Shown here: in pieces, positions 50,956-59,611 of the stretch
Layout of the letters: each line of letters opens with the position of its first letter
Numbering within the stretch: the first letter of the stretch is position 1
IMG/VR virus record: IMGVR_UViG_3300047551_002158
DNA length: 64,000 bases
Reading direction: 5' to 3' (one strand)
Source of the DNA: a virus
Lineage: Duplodnaviria; Caudoviricetes
Notes under the pieces: model-generated
Told to the model about the DNA's origin: nothing
Seen by the model: only the letters and a program-made list of their open reading frames with translations
The model's database searches: none
Made by a program: the position numbers and the translations under genes

Positions 50956-51836
50956 CTTCTCAAAAATCTCTTAAAACTTGTTTAAGGTATCCTGGTGGCA
51001 AAAGTAGAGCAGTCGCCAAAATGGATCCATATTTTCCAGATCTTCGTAACTATGATGAGTTCCGCGAACCATTCCTGGGTGGTGGTTCTGTTGCAATTCA
51101 CGTTACTAAGAAATATCCAAACCTTAAGATTTGGGTGAATGATCTTTATGAACCTCTGGTAAACTTCTGGCAACAACTCCAGATGTTTGGTCCTGAACTC
51201 AAGGATCATTTGCTTCATTTTAAGAGTGTTTGTCCTGATCCAGAGTCGGCACGAGGACTTTTTGACATTTCAAAAACCATCTTGGAGGATCCTGTAACTG
51301 GAAGTTTCGAACGTGCTGTAAGGTTTTATATTGTAAATAAGTGTTCTTTCAGTGGTTTGACTGCAAGTTCTTCTTTCTCTCCTCAGGCATCCAACTCAAA
51401 CTTTAGTGTTCGTGGGATTGAGAAACTTCCCGAATATTCTAAGTTGATTGAAAAGTGGCGTATCACTAATTATTCCTATGATTATTTGATGGATGGGGAG
51501 AGTAGTGCTTTTATGTATCTCGATCCTCCTTATGACATTAAGGATAATCTCTATGGGAACAAGGGATCAATGCATAAAGGATTTGATCACGATAAGTTTG
51601 CTGCTGATTGCGATGCTAACGATATGGATATGTTGGTAAGTTATAATTCGGATCAACTTGTGAAAGATCGCTTTAAGAACTGGAACGCTGCTGAGTTTGA
51701 TCTTACTTACACGATGCGTTCTGTTGGTGAATATATGCGAGAGCAAAAACAACGTAAAGAACTGCTGCTATTTAATTATGGAATTGAAGGACTGGTTAAA
51801 CTCGATCAATCAGACGAAACAGAACTTGATGGATGA
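50952..51836 (+). CDS. dam: Dam-family DNA adenine methyltransferase
   Basis: LRYPGGKS, EPFLGGGS (SAM-binding) and DPPY catalytic motif. Confidence 0.9.
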   Translation: MTSQKSLKTCLRYPGGKSRAVAKMDPYFPDLRNYDEFREPFLGGGSVAIHVTKKYPNLKIWVNDLYEPLVNFWQQLQMFGPELKDHLLHFKSVCPDPESARGLFDISKTILEDPVTGSFERAVRFYIVNKCSFSGLTASSSFSPQASNSNFSVRGIEKLPEYSKLIEKWRITNYSYDYLMDGESSAFMYLDPPYDIKDNLYGNKGSMHKGFDHDKFAADCDANDMDMLVSYNSDQLVKDRFKNWNAAEFDLTYTMRSVGEYMREQKQRKELLLFNYGIEGLVKLDQSDETELDG

Positions 51837-52158
51837 GGATCCTTCTTTAGTGAAGGAATATGCACCATTTATTATTAATCGTTGCTTATCTGGTCACATT
51901 GATTGTGTTCTTTTTGCGAATGAGATGAATATAAATTCTCATTTGGATAAAGATATGCAATATTCTTTTTTTCTAAATACTATAAGAAAAAGGAAGAGAT
52001 TTTCTCCCTGGCTCCGTAAAGATAAAGTTCAAGACTTAGAATGTGTAAAGCGTTATTATGGTTATAGTAACGAGAAGGCATCCCAAGCACTGAAGATTTT
52101 GTCAAAAGAGCAAATCAACTTTATTAAACAACGACTTGAAACTGGCGGAACAAAATGA
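51778..52158 (+). CDS. gp62: Clamp loader small subunit gp62
   Basis: MELKDWLNSIN, YAPFIINRCLS and VKRYYGYSNEKA; ATG at 51778. Confidence 0.92.
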   Translation: MELKDWLNSINQTKQNLMDEDPSLVKEYAPFIINRCLSGHIDCVLFANEMNINSHLDKDMQYSFFLNTIRKRKRFSPWLRKDKVQDLECVKRYYGYSNEKASQALKILSKEQINFIKQRLETGGTK

Positions 52159-52595
52159 CTACTCAAACTATTGAACCTCAAGTAAATTGGTCGCAGGACC
52201 AAATGGTTGAAGTTATTCTCAACGAACCTGATGATTTTCTGAAAGTTCGTGAAACTTTGACCCGTATCGGAGTTGCATCCAGAAAGGAGAAAAAACTCTA
52301 TCAATCTTGCCATATTCTTCATAAGCAAGGTAGATATTATATTGTGCATTTTAAAGAGTTGTTTGCTCTCGATGGGAAACACGCAAATCTTACGGTAAAT
52401 GATGTTCAGCGTCGTAATCGTATTGTTCGTTTGCTTGCAGACTGGGGACTTATTACTGTAGTAAAACCAGATTCTGTATCTGATATTGCACCTCTAAATC
52501 AGATTAAGGTACTTTCTTATAAGGATAAGGGAGACTGGATTCTTGAGCAAAAGTATAATATTGGTAAGAAGGGCAAAACTCAAGAAGATGTTTAA
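52155..52595 (+). CDS. regA: Translational repressor RegA
   Basis: DDFLKVRETLTRIGVAS, LYQSCHILHKQGRYYIVHFKELF. Confidence 0.97.
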   Translation: MTTQTIEPQVNWSQDQMVEVILNEPDDFLKVRETLTRIGVASRKEKKLYQSCHILHKQGRYYIVHFKELFALDGKHANLTVNDVQRRNRIVRLLADWGLITVVKPDSVSDIAPLNQIKVLSYKDKGDWILEQKYNIGKKGKTQEDV

Positions 52596-52674
52596 TGCAG
52601 TTTGTTTATTTCTTTTAGTTATCGCTGCGTATACAAATCTTTATTTAAATTTAAAATCTAGAAAAAGACGATAA
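52588..52674 (+). CDS. 28-aa putative membrane microprotein (not in ORF track)
   Basis: MFNAVCLFLLVIAAYTNLYLNLKSRKRR; hydrophobic stretch with a basic tail; overlaps the regA stop. Confidence 0.35.
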   Translation: MFNAVCLFLLVIAAYTNLYLNLKSRKRR

Positions 52675-52681
52675 ATAAGTA

Positions 52682-52757
52682 TGAGACCTTCGTGCGGTCT
52701 CTACAAAAGTCGGAACACCCTAAAAAGAGGTTCGGTTTTGCCGATACCTCTTTTTTT
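52682..52757 (+). ncRNA. Structured intergenic RNA candidate (two hairpins plus U-tract) upstream of hsp20
   Basis: TAAATA at 52672, then GAGACC-ttcgtgc-GGTCTC and AAAAAGAGG..tcgg-tttt-g-ccga..CCTCTTTTTTT. Confidence 0.5.
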
Positions 52758-52763
52758 CGTTTC

Positions 52764-52772
52764 TGGTATAAT
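52764..52772 (+). promoter_or_regulatory. Extended -10 promoter for hsp20
   Basis: TG-n-TATAAT. Confidence 0.55.
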
Positions 52773-52872
52773 TATTAATGATGAGGTGAGGTTCTCTGAA
52801 CCCCTCATTCACTAAAGCGGAGTCTTAGGATCCGTAATGTTAAACAACACTCGCTTTTTAAGGAGAACTAAA

Positions 52873-53310
52873 ATGTACACAACTCTTGCAAAGTACAACG
52901 CTGGAAATATTGAAAAGTTTTTAACAGACTTGGAAAAAAATTTTATTGGAGCAGATGAGTGGCTTAGCCGTTTTGGAACGGTACACGAATCTTCTACCAA
53001 TTACCCACCATATAATTTAATTAAGGAAAGTTCGACAGAGTTTACTCTGGAAATTGCTCTTGCTGGATATAAAAGAGAAGATATTGAAGTATCTTCTGAA
53101 TGGAATAAACTTTTTGTAGAGTGTAAGAAAGCACCTACGGAATATGAATATATGCATAATGGGATTGCTCGTAGAGCATTTACTCGCACTTGGACATTAT
53201 CCGATGACGTAGTTGTTGGTGATATTTCTTTTGTTGATGGATTGCTCACTATTAAACTAAATAGAGTTATTCCAGAACATCAAAAGAAAAAGGTATATGA
53301 AATCGTTTGA
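52873..53310 (+). CDS. hsp20: Small heat-shock protein Hsp20
   Basis: NYPPYNLIK, LEIALAGY, GIARRAFTRTWTL and DGLLTIKLNRVIPE; AAGGAG RBS before the ATG at 52873. Confidence 0.95.
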   Translation: MYTTLAKYNAGNIEKFLTDLEKNFIGADEWLSRFGTVHESSTNYPPYNLIKESSTEFTLEIALAGYKREDIEVSSEWNKLFVECKKAPTEYEYMHNGIARRAFTRTWTLSDDVVVGDISFVDGLLTIKLNRVIPEHQKKKVYEIV

Positions 53311-53461
53311 TGAGTTCAAATCAATCGCATATAAAGGAGCAGCCCCTCATACTGTATATTCCCGAGAAAAATCTAAAAAGATTCCAAAAGGGGAAGCAGT
53401 TCCTGTAAGAAGCCGTTCGAGTGCTGGAGGAAATGGAGATTCTGGTGATGGTGGAGAATAA
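53297..53461 (+). CDS. 54-aa protein with MKSFDEF N-terminus (not in ORF track)
   Basis: MKSFDEFKSIAYKGAAPHTVYSREKSKKIPKGEAVPVRSRSSAGGNGDSGDGGE; overlaps the hsp20 end. Confidence 0.55.
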   Translation: MKSFDEFKSIAYKGAAPHTVYSREKSKKIPKGEAVPVRSRSSAGGNGDSGDGGE

Positions 53462-53495
53462 ATAATAATTGAACTATCGTCGGTGCTATTCCATA

Positions 53496-53536
53496 GAGGA
53501 GTCCTGGCAAAATCCAGGTTAACTCCTCATTTTTTA
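53496..53536 (+). terminator. Hairpin/terminator before the endonuclease gene
   Basis: GAGGAGT-CCTGG-caaaat-CCAGG-tta-ACTCCTC then a T-run, immediately followed by late promoter TATAAATA (53536-53543). Confidence 0.65.
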
Positions 53537-53566
53537 TAAATACCAATAAAGAGTAAGAGTGATTAA

Positions 53567-54145
53567 ATGGAATACTATACATATGCTTATTTTGATGAAA
53601 ATAATATTCCTTATTATATTGGTAAAGGAAAAGGTAAAAGAGCTTGGGACAAAAATCACTCTGTTTTGATGCCACCAAATGAAAGAATAGTAATTTTGAA
53701 GAACAATCTTACGGAGGAAGATGCATTTAAGCACGAAATTTATTTAATCGAAATTCTTGGTAGAAAAAGTCAAGGAACTGGTATATTGGAAAATATACAT
53801 AGTGGTGGATGTCAACCCTCTGGATTTATACAGCACTCGGAAGAAACTAAATCTATGATGAGATTGAGAAGACACAGTGAAGAAACAAAGAAAAAAATTG
53901 GAGAATCTTCAAAAGGTCGCCCTTGTAAAGAAGAAGTAAAACAAAAATTATCAAAATTGTGGACCGGAAGAAAATTAACAGAGGATACAAAAAATAAAAT
54001 AAGTAAATCTCATAGGGGTAAAAAATTAAGTGAAGAGACAAAAAGAAGAATGAGTGACGCAAAAAAACAAATGAGTGAAGAGACGAAAAGAAAAATGAGT
54101 GAGAAGGCAAAATTGAGAGAAGCAAAAAAACGAGGAGAAACTTGA
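53567..54145 (+). mobile_element. Free-standing GIY-YIG-family homing endonuclease with NUMOD3 repeats
   Basis: YTYAY...YYIGKG, with HSEETK/LSEETKRRMS repeats; paralogue of 42781-43344. Confidence 0.85.
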
Positions 54146-54170
54146 CTCCTCCTTTTTTTGTTGCTATAAT
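54142..54170 (+). promoter_or_regulatory. Sigma70-type promoter for the gp43 operon
   Basis: TTGACT-N17-TATAAT; the -35 lies in hairpin GAGGAG-aaacttga-CTCCTC followed by a T-run. Confidence 0.75.
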
Positions 54171-54191
54171 ACTTAGAGGTATGGAGTAAAA

Positions 54192-54572
54192 ATGACAGTA
54201 AGACTTTTGCTTTTAAAATCTGGTGAAGATATTATTGCAGATGTAAAAGAAATGGTGGTCGGAGACACTGAAGAATCCCGAAGAGTAGTTGGATATTTTC
54301 TTCATAAACCTTGTGTTGTTAAAATGTCCTCTCCGGCAAATCTTTTTGATGAGAAGACGAAATTAAATACTACTCCTTTTAAAGTTTCTCTTTTTCCTTG
54401 GATGCCATTGTCAAAGGATAAAACAATTCCAGTTTCTGCTGATTGGGTAGTAACTATGGTTACCCCAAGCGATAAATTAAATCAAATGTATAATGAGGAT
54501 GTAATTAATTATGGAAAAGATAATCAAAGTAATAGTGTTAGTCAACAAACAGATTCTAATCAGTCAGATTGA
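54192..54572 (+). CDS. Conserved hypothetical protein upstream of gp43
   Basis: 126 aa, LLLLKSGEDIIADV start, GGAG RBS. Confidence 0.8.
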   Translation: MTVRLLLLKSGEDIIADVKEMVVGDTEESRRVVGYFLHKPCVVKMSSPANLFDEKTKLNTTPFKVSLFPWMPLSKDKTIPVSADWVVTMVTPSDKLNQMYNEDVINYGKDNQSNSVSQQTDSNQSD

Positions 54573-54789
54573 TGAAGTTGGTGCCGATATTGGAGAACCT
54601 GATTGCAAATTAATTGATCCATTTCTTATAAAAGAAAATCAAATTTCAGATTTACAAAAAGTTCTTGAGCCTTTCTTGTCTGGATATACAAAACAAAATA
54701 CATTTATGATGAGTTCTGATAAGATTTTAACTCTTGCAGATCCAACACCTACACTACTTGAAAAATATCAGGACCTTATTAAAGAATGA
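54511..54789 (+). CDS. Conserved hypothetical protein upstream of gp43
   Basis: 92 aa, EVGADIGEPDCKLIDPF; ATGA overlap with gp43. Confidence 0.8.
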   Translation: MEKIIKVIVLVNKQILISQIDEVGADIGEPDCKLIDPFLIKENQISDLQKVLEPFLSGYTKQNTFMMSSDKILTLADPTPTLLEKYQDLIKE

Positions 54790-57281
54790 GATTTTATACT
54801 AATGTTCAGTTGATTGGAAATCAAATTTTAGTTCGTGGAGTTGAGAATGGAAAAAGATTTGAGAACAGAGATGAGTTTTATCCCTCTCTCTTTGTAAAAA
54901 CTAAAAAGGAATCCAAGTATAGAACATTAAGTGGAGAATCTGTAGAACCAATAAAACCAGGAACAATTAAAGATTGTCGTGAGTTTTATAAAAAGTATGA
55001 GAGTGTTGATGGATTTGAGATCTATGGAAATGATCGATATATCTATCAATACATTTCGGAAAACTATCCTGAAGATGAAATCAAGTTTGATATCAGTAAA
55101 ATCAAACTGGTGACTTTGGATATTGAGGTTGCTTCTGAAGGAGGATTCCCTGATGTGGAATCAGCATCGGAAGAAATTCTTTCAATCTCTATTCAAGATT
55201 ATACAACTAAAAAAATCATTACTTGGGGTGTTAAACCATTTAATCACAATCGCAAAGACCTCACATATCATTATTGTCCTTCAGAGTATGAACTTCTAAA
55301 TCACTTCATTAACTATTGGATGTTCAATGTCCCCGATGTAATTACTGGTTGGAACATTCAGATGTATGACGTTCCTTATATTTGTAAGCGTCTGAATCGT
55401 GTTCTTGGTGAAAAACTGATGAAGCGTTTTTCTAACTGGGGTCTTGTTACTGAAGGCGAAATATTCGTCAACGGTCGTAAGCATACCGTATTTGATGTTG
55501 GTGGGTTAACTCAACTTGATTATCTTGATCTTTATAAGAAATTTACTTATAAGGCACAGGAATCTTATCGTCTGGATTATATTGCTGAAGTAGAACTTGG
55601 GCAGAAAAAACTGGATCACTCTGAGTATGATACCTTTAAGGATTTCTATACAAAGGGTTGGCAAAAGTTTATTGAATACAACATCATTGACGTAGAACTT
55701 GTTGACCGCTTGGAAGACAAGATGAAACTCATTGAGTTGGCACTTACTATGGCATATGACGCTAAGGTAAATTATGCAGATGTATTTTATCAAGTTCGTA
55801 TGTGGGATAACATTATCTACACCTATCTGAAGAAAAGAAATATCGTTATTCCTCCAAAGAATAAAACTCAGAAAGATGAGAAGTATGCTGGTGCCTATGT
55901 AAAAGAACCAATTCCTGGAATGTATGACTGGGTAGTGAGCTTTGACCTTAACTCTCTGTATCCTCACTTGATTATGATGTACAACATCTCACCAGAGACT
56001 TTGTTGGAAGAGAAACATCCAACAGTTTCGGTGGACAAAATTCTTAATCAAAGTCTTAATTTTGAGTTATATAAAGACTATGCAGTATGTGCTAATGGAG
56101 CGATGTTCCGAAAAGACGTTCGTGGATTTCTTCCTGAACTAATGGAGAAGATTTACAATGAACGTGTTATCTTTAAGAAGAAGATGCTTGTTGCTGAACA
56201 AGAATATGAGAAGACGAAGAACAAGGAGTTAATCAAAGAGATTGCCAGATGTAATAATATTCAGATGGCACGTAAGATCCAACTGAACTCTGCTTATGGT
56301 GCGATTGGTAATCAGTATTTTCGTTATTACAAACTTGCAAATGCTGAGGCAATTACACTGTCTGGACAAGTTTCGATTCAGTGGATTATGAATAAGGTTA
56401 ATTCTTATCTAAACAAGATTCTAAAAAGTGGAGATGTAGATTATGTTATTGCTTCTGATACTGATTCTTTGTATATCAATATGGGTCCTTTGGTTGAAAA
56501 TGTATTCAAAGGAAGAGAGAAAACTACTGAAAACATTGTGTCTTTCCTTGATAAGGTGTGTCAGGTGGAATTTGAAAAATATATTGAGAGTTCTTACCAA
56601 GAATTGGCTGATTATGTGAATGCTTATGAGCAGAAAATGTATATGAAGCGTGAGTGTGTCGCTGAACGTGGAATTTGGACTGCTAAGAAGCGTTATATTC
56701 TCAGTGTTTGGGACAGTGAAGGTGTTCGATATGAAGAACCCAAACTCAAAATCAAGGGTATTGAAGCAATCAAATCTTCTACTCCAGCACCTTGTCGTAA
56801 GATGTTGAAAGAATCATTTAACATTATGATGAGTGGTTCTGAAGATGATATGATTAACTTCATTGAAAAGTCTAAACAAGAGTTTAAGAAACTTTCTCCG
56901 GAACAAATTGCCTTTCCACGATCTGCTTCTGATGTTCAGAAGTATTCATCTTCTTCGGATGTTTATATTAAAGGAACCCCAATTCACGTTCGTGGAGCAC
57001 TTTTGTTCAATTTTTATATTAAAAAGAATAAACTTACAAACAAATATTCTTTGATTCAAAATGGAGAAAAGATCAAGTTTGTTTACCTCAAAAAACCAAA
57101 TATCATTCACGAAAATGTAATCTCATTTATTCAGGAGTTTCCGAAAGAACTCAATCTTGACAAATACATAGATTATGAACTACAATTTGAGAAAGCATTT
57201 CTAGAGCCACTCAAAATTATTCTTGATACAATTGGGTGGAGCGTAGAAAAAACTGTAAACCTTGATTCATTTTTTGCGTAA
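54786..57281 (+). CDS. gp43: Family B DNA polymerase gp43
   Basis: Exonuclease LDIE; polymerase motifs SFDLNSLYP, KIQLNSAYG and SDTDS; uninterrupted. Confidence 0.98.
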   Translation: MRFYTNVQLIGNQILVRGVENGKRFENRDEFYPSLFVKTKKESKYRTLSGESVEPIKPGTIKDCREFYKKYESVDGFEIYGNDRYIYQYISENYPEDEIKFDISKIKLVTLDIEVASEGGFPDVESASEEILSISIQDYTTKKIITWGVKPFNHNRKDLTYHYCPSEYELLNHFINYWMFNVPDVITGWNIQMYDVPYICKRLNRVLGEKLMKRFSNWGLVTEGEIFVNGRKHTVFDVGGLTQLDYLDLYKKFTYKAQESYRLDYIAEVELGQKKLDHSEYDTFKDFYTKGWQKFIEYNIIDVELVDRLEDKMKLIELALTMAYDAKVNYADVFYQVRMWDNIIYTYLKKRNIVIPPKNKTQKDEKYAGAYVKEPIPGMYDWVVSFDLNSLYPHLIMMYNISPETLLEEKHPTVSVDKILNQSLNFELYKDYAVCANGAMFRKDVRGFLPELMEKIYNERVIFKKKMLVAEQEYEKTKNKELIKEIARCNNIQMARKIQLNSAYGAIGNQYFRYYKLANAEAITLSGQVSIQWIMNKVNSYLNKILKSGDVDYVIASDTDSLYINMGPLVENVFKGREKTTENIVSFLDKVCQVEFEKYIESSYQELADYVNAYEQKMYMKRECVAERGIWTAKKRYILSVWDSEGVRYEEPKLKIKGIEAIKSSTPAPCRKMLKESFNIMMSGSEDDMINFIEKSKQEFKKLSPEQIAFPRSASDVQKYSSSSDVYIKGTPIHVRGALLFNFYIKKNKLTNKYSLIQNGEKIKFVYLKKPNIIHENVISFIQEFPKELNLDKYIDYELQFEKAFLEPLKIILDTIGWSVEKTVNLDSFFA

Positions 57282-58288
57282 TGGACTTCCTTAAAGATAT
57301 TGTAAAAGAAATAGGTGATGATTTCACTAAGTTAGCATCTGATATTGAAGAGACTGAAACTTATGTTGACACGGGTTCGTACATTTTTAATGCACTGGTT
57401 TCAGGTAGCATTTTTGGTGGTGTATCTGGGAATAAGATTACTGCTATTGCTGGAGAGTCTAGTACTGGAAAGACTTTCTTCTCTCTCGCTGTGGTTAAGA
57501 ATTTTCTGGATACTCACCCCGATGGTTATTGTCTCTATTTTGATACTGAGGCTGCCATCACTAAATCTCTTCTAGAAAGTCGTGGTGTAGATACTCAACG
57601 TCTTGTGGTTGTTAATGTTGTTACTGTGGAAGAATTTCGCACTAAAGCACTTAAGGCAGTTGACCTTTATATGAAAAAACCTGAAGGTGAACGCAATCCT
57701 TGTATGTTTGTGTTAGACTCTTTGGGAATGCTTTCTACAAGTAAAGAAATCACTGATGCACTGAATGAAAAAGAAGTTAGAGATATGACTAAATCTCAAC
57801 TGATTAAAGGTGCCTTCCGAATGCTCACACTAAAATTAGGTCAAGCAAATGTTCCACTTCTTGTCACAAATCACACATACGATGTCATCGGAGCTTATGT
57901 ACCAACGAAAGAAATGGGTGGAGGTTCTGGACTCAAATACGCAGCCTCTACAATCATTTATCTCAGCAAGAAGAAAGAAAAGGATGGAACGGAAGTGGTC
58001 GGAAATCTTATCAAGGCTAAGACTGCTAAATCGCGTTTGAGTAAGGAAAATAAAGATGTGGAGATTCGTCTTTTTTATGATGAACGTGGTTTAGACAGAT
58101 ATTATGGTCTTCTTGAACTCGGTGAGATTGGTGGTCTGTGGAAGAATGTCGCAGGACGCTATGAGATTGATGGAAAGAAACTCTATGCTAAGCAGATTCT
58201 TAAAGAACCTGAAGTATATTTCACTGAAGAAGTGATGCAACAGTTGGACGAAATCGCACGTAAGGAATTTAGTTATGGAGAAAGTTGA
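57281..58288 (+). CDS. uvsX: RecA-like recombinase UvsX
   Basis: GESSTGKT, FVLDSLGML, TNHTY and MGGGSGLKYAAS. Confidence 0.96.
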   Translation: MDFLKDIVKEIGDDFTKLASDIEETETYVDTGSYIFNALVSGSIFGGVSGNKITAIAGESSTGKTFFSLAVVKNFLDTHPDGYCLYFDTEAAITKSLLESRGVDTQRLVVVNVVTVEEFRTKALKAVDLYMKKPEGERNPCMFVLDSLGMLSTSKEITDALNEKEVRDMTKSQLIKGAFRMLTLKLGQANVPLLVTNHTYDVIGAYVPTKEMGGGSGLKYAASTIIYLSKKKEKDGTEVVGNLIKAKTAKSRLSKENKDVEIRLFYDERGLDRYYGLLELGEIGGLWKNVAGRYEIDGKKLYAKQILKEPEVYFTEEVMQQLDEIARKEFSYGES

Positions 58289-59606
58289 GTTTCTAATTCT
58301 TAGAAACCTGTTGTTTAATGAAGAATATATCCGAAAAGTAATACCTTTTCTAAAGTCTGAATATTTTGAAGACCAAAATCAAAAGATTGTCTTTGAAGAA
58401 ATTCTTGAATTTGTTTCTCACTACAATCAACCAGCAACTAAAGAAGTTCTTTGTATTGAAGTAGAAAAACGTAACGACATTAACGATACTTCTTTTAAAG
58501 AAATTCTTCAGTTGATCTCTTGTCTTGAGGATGTTCCTGTTGAGATGAACTGGTTGATTTCAACAACCGAAAAATGGTGTCGTGATAGAGCAATTTATCT
58601 TGCTCTTATGGAGTCAATTCATATTGCCGATGGTAAAGATGAAAAGAAGAATCGTGATAGTATTCCTTCTATTCTCTCTGATGCTCTTGCTGTAAGTTTT
58701 GATAATCATATTGGACACGATTATCTTGAAGATTATGAACAACGCTATGAGTCTTATCATAAAAAGGAGGATAAAATTGAATTTGATCTTGAGTACTTTA
58801 ACAAAATCACGAAAGGTGGTCTCCCTAACAAAACTCTTAACATCGCTCTTGCTGGTACGGGCGTCGGCAAGTCTTTATTCATGTGCCATGTGGCTAGCTC
58901 CGTCTTGCTCCAAGGACGGAACGTTCTGTACATTACGCTGGAGATGGCAGAAGAACGCATTGCTGAAAGAATTGATGCAAACCTCTTGAACGTCCCTATT
59001 CAGGATATTGTTGATCTTCCCAAGCAGATGTTTGAGAATAAGGTCACAAATCTTGCAAAGAAGACTCAAGGAACTCTTATAATTAAGGAATACCCAACAG
59101 CGTCTGCTCATGCTGGTCACTTTAAGTCACTTCTTAATGAACTTTCACTTAAGAAGTCATTTAGACCTGATATTATTTTTATTGATTACCTTAATATTTG
59201 TGCTTCCAGCAGGTATAAAGGAAACAGCAATATCAATTCATATACATTTGTTAAAGCAATTGCTGAGGAACTTAGGGGGCTCGCAGTTGAGTTTAATGTC
59301 CCAATCGTATCCGCTACTCAGACCACTCGTTCAGGTTATTGCTTGGACTTGAAAACACAAGTTCAAACACAGCAAGGATTGAAAGATATTTCTAACATTC
59401 AAGTTGGGGATTTAGTGCTTTCTAATACTGGTTATAATGAAGTATTGAATGTCTTTCCTAAAACTAAAAAGAAATCTTATAAAATTACTTTGGAGAATGG
59501 TAAAGAAATCATTTGTAGTGAAGAGCATTTGTTCCCAACAGAAAATGGAGAACTGAATATCAAAGGGGGTCTTGAAGAGGGAATGTATCTTTATGTAAAG
59601 GAATAG
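58275..59606 (+). CDS. gp41: Replicative helicase gp41, N-terminal fragment fused to split-intein N half
   Basis: Walker A AGTGVGKS and IFIDY; SATQTTRSGY is followed by intein block A CLDLKTQVQT. Confidence 0.95.
   Translation: MEKVEFLILRNLLFNEEYIRKVIPFLKSEYFEDQNQKIVFEEILEFVSHYNQPATKEVLCIEVEKRNDINDTSFKEILQLISCLEDVPVEMNWLISTTEKWCRDRAIYLALMESIHIADGKDEKKNRDSIPSILSDALAVSFDNHIGHDYLEDYEQRYESYHKKEDKIEFDLEYFNKITKGGLPNKTLNIALAGTGVGKSLFMCHVASSVLLQGRNVLYITLEMAEERIAERIDANLLNVPIQDIVDLPKQMFENKVTNLAKKTQGTLIIKEYPTASAHAGHFKSLLNELSLKKSFRPDIIFIDYLNICASSRYKGNSNINSYTFVKAIAEELRGLAVEFNVPIVSATQTTRSGYCLDLKTQVQTQQGLKDISNIQVGDLVLSNTGYNEVLNVFPKTKKKSYKITLENGKEIICSEEHLFPTENGELNIKGGLEEGMYLYVKE
59340..59603 (+). mobile_element. 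Split intein N-fragment (gp41-1 type, 88 aa)
   Basis: Begins with Cys1 (CLDLKTQV), contains block B CSEEH, and ends at a stop codon. Confidence 0.95.
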
Positions 59607-59611
59607 TGTGT

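Noticed and set aside
53990-54120. Direct repeats AGTGAAGAGAC..AAAAGAA..ATGAGTGA
   Set aside because: They encode tandem NUMOD3 motifs of the endonuclease; not a separate element.
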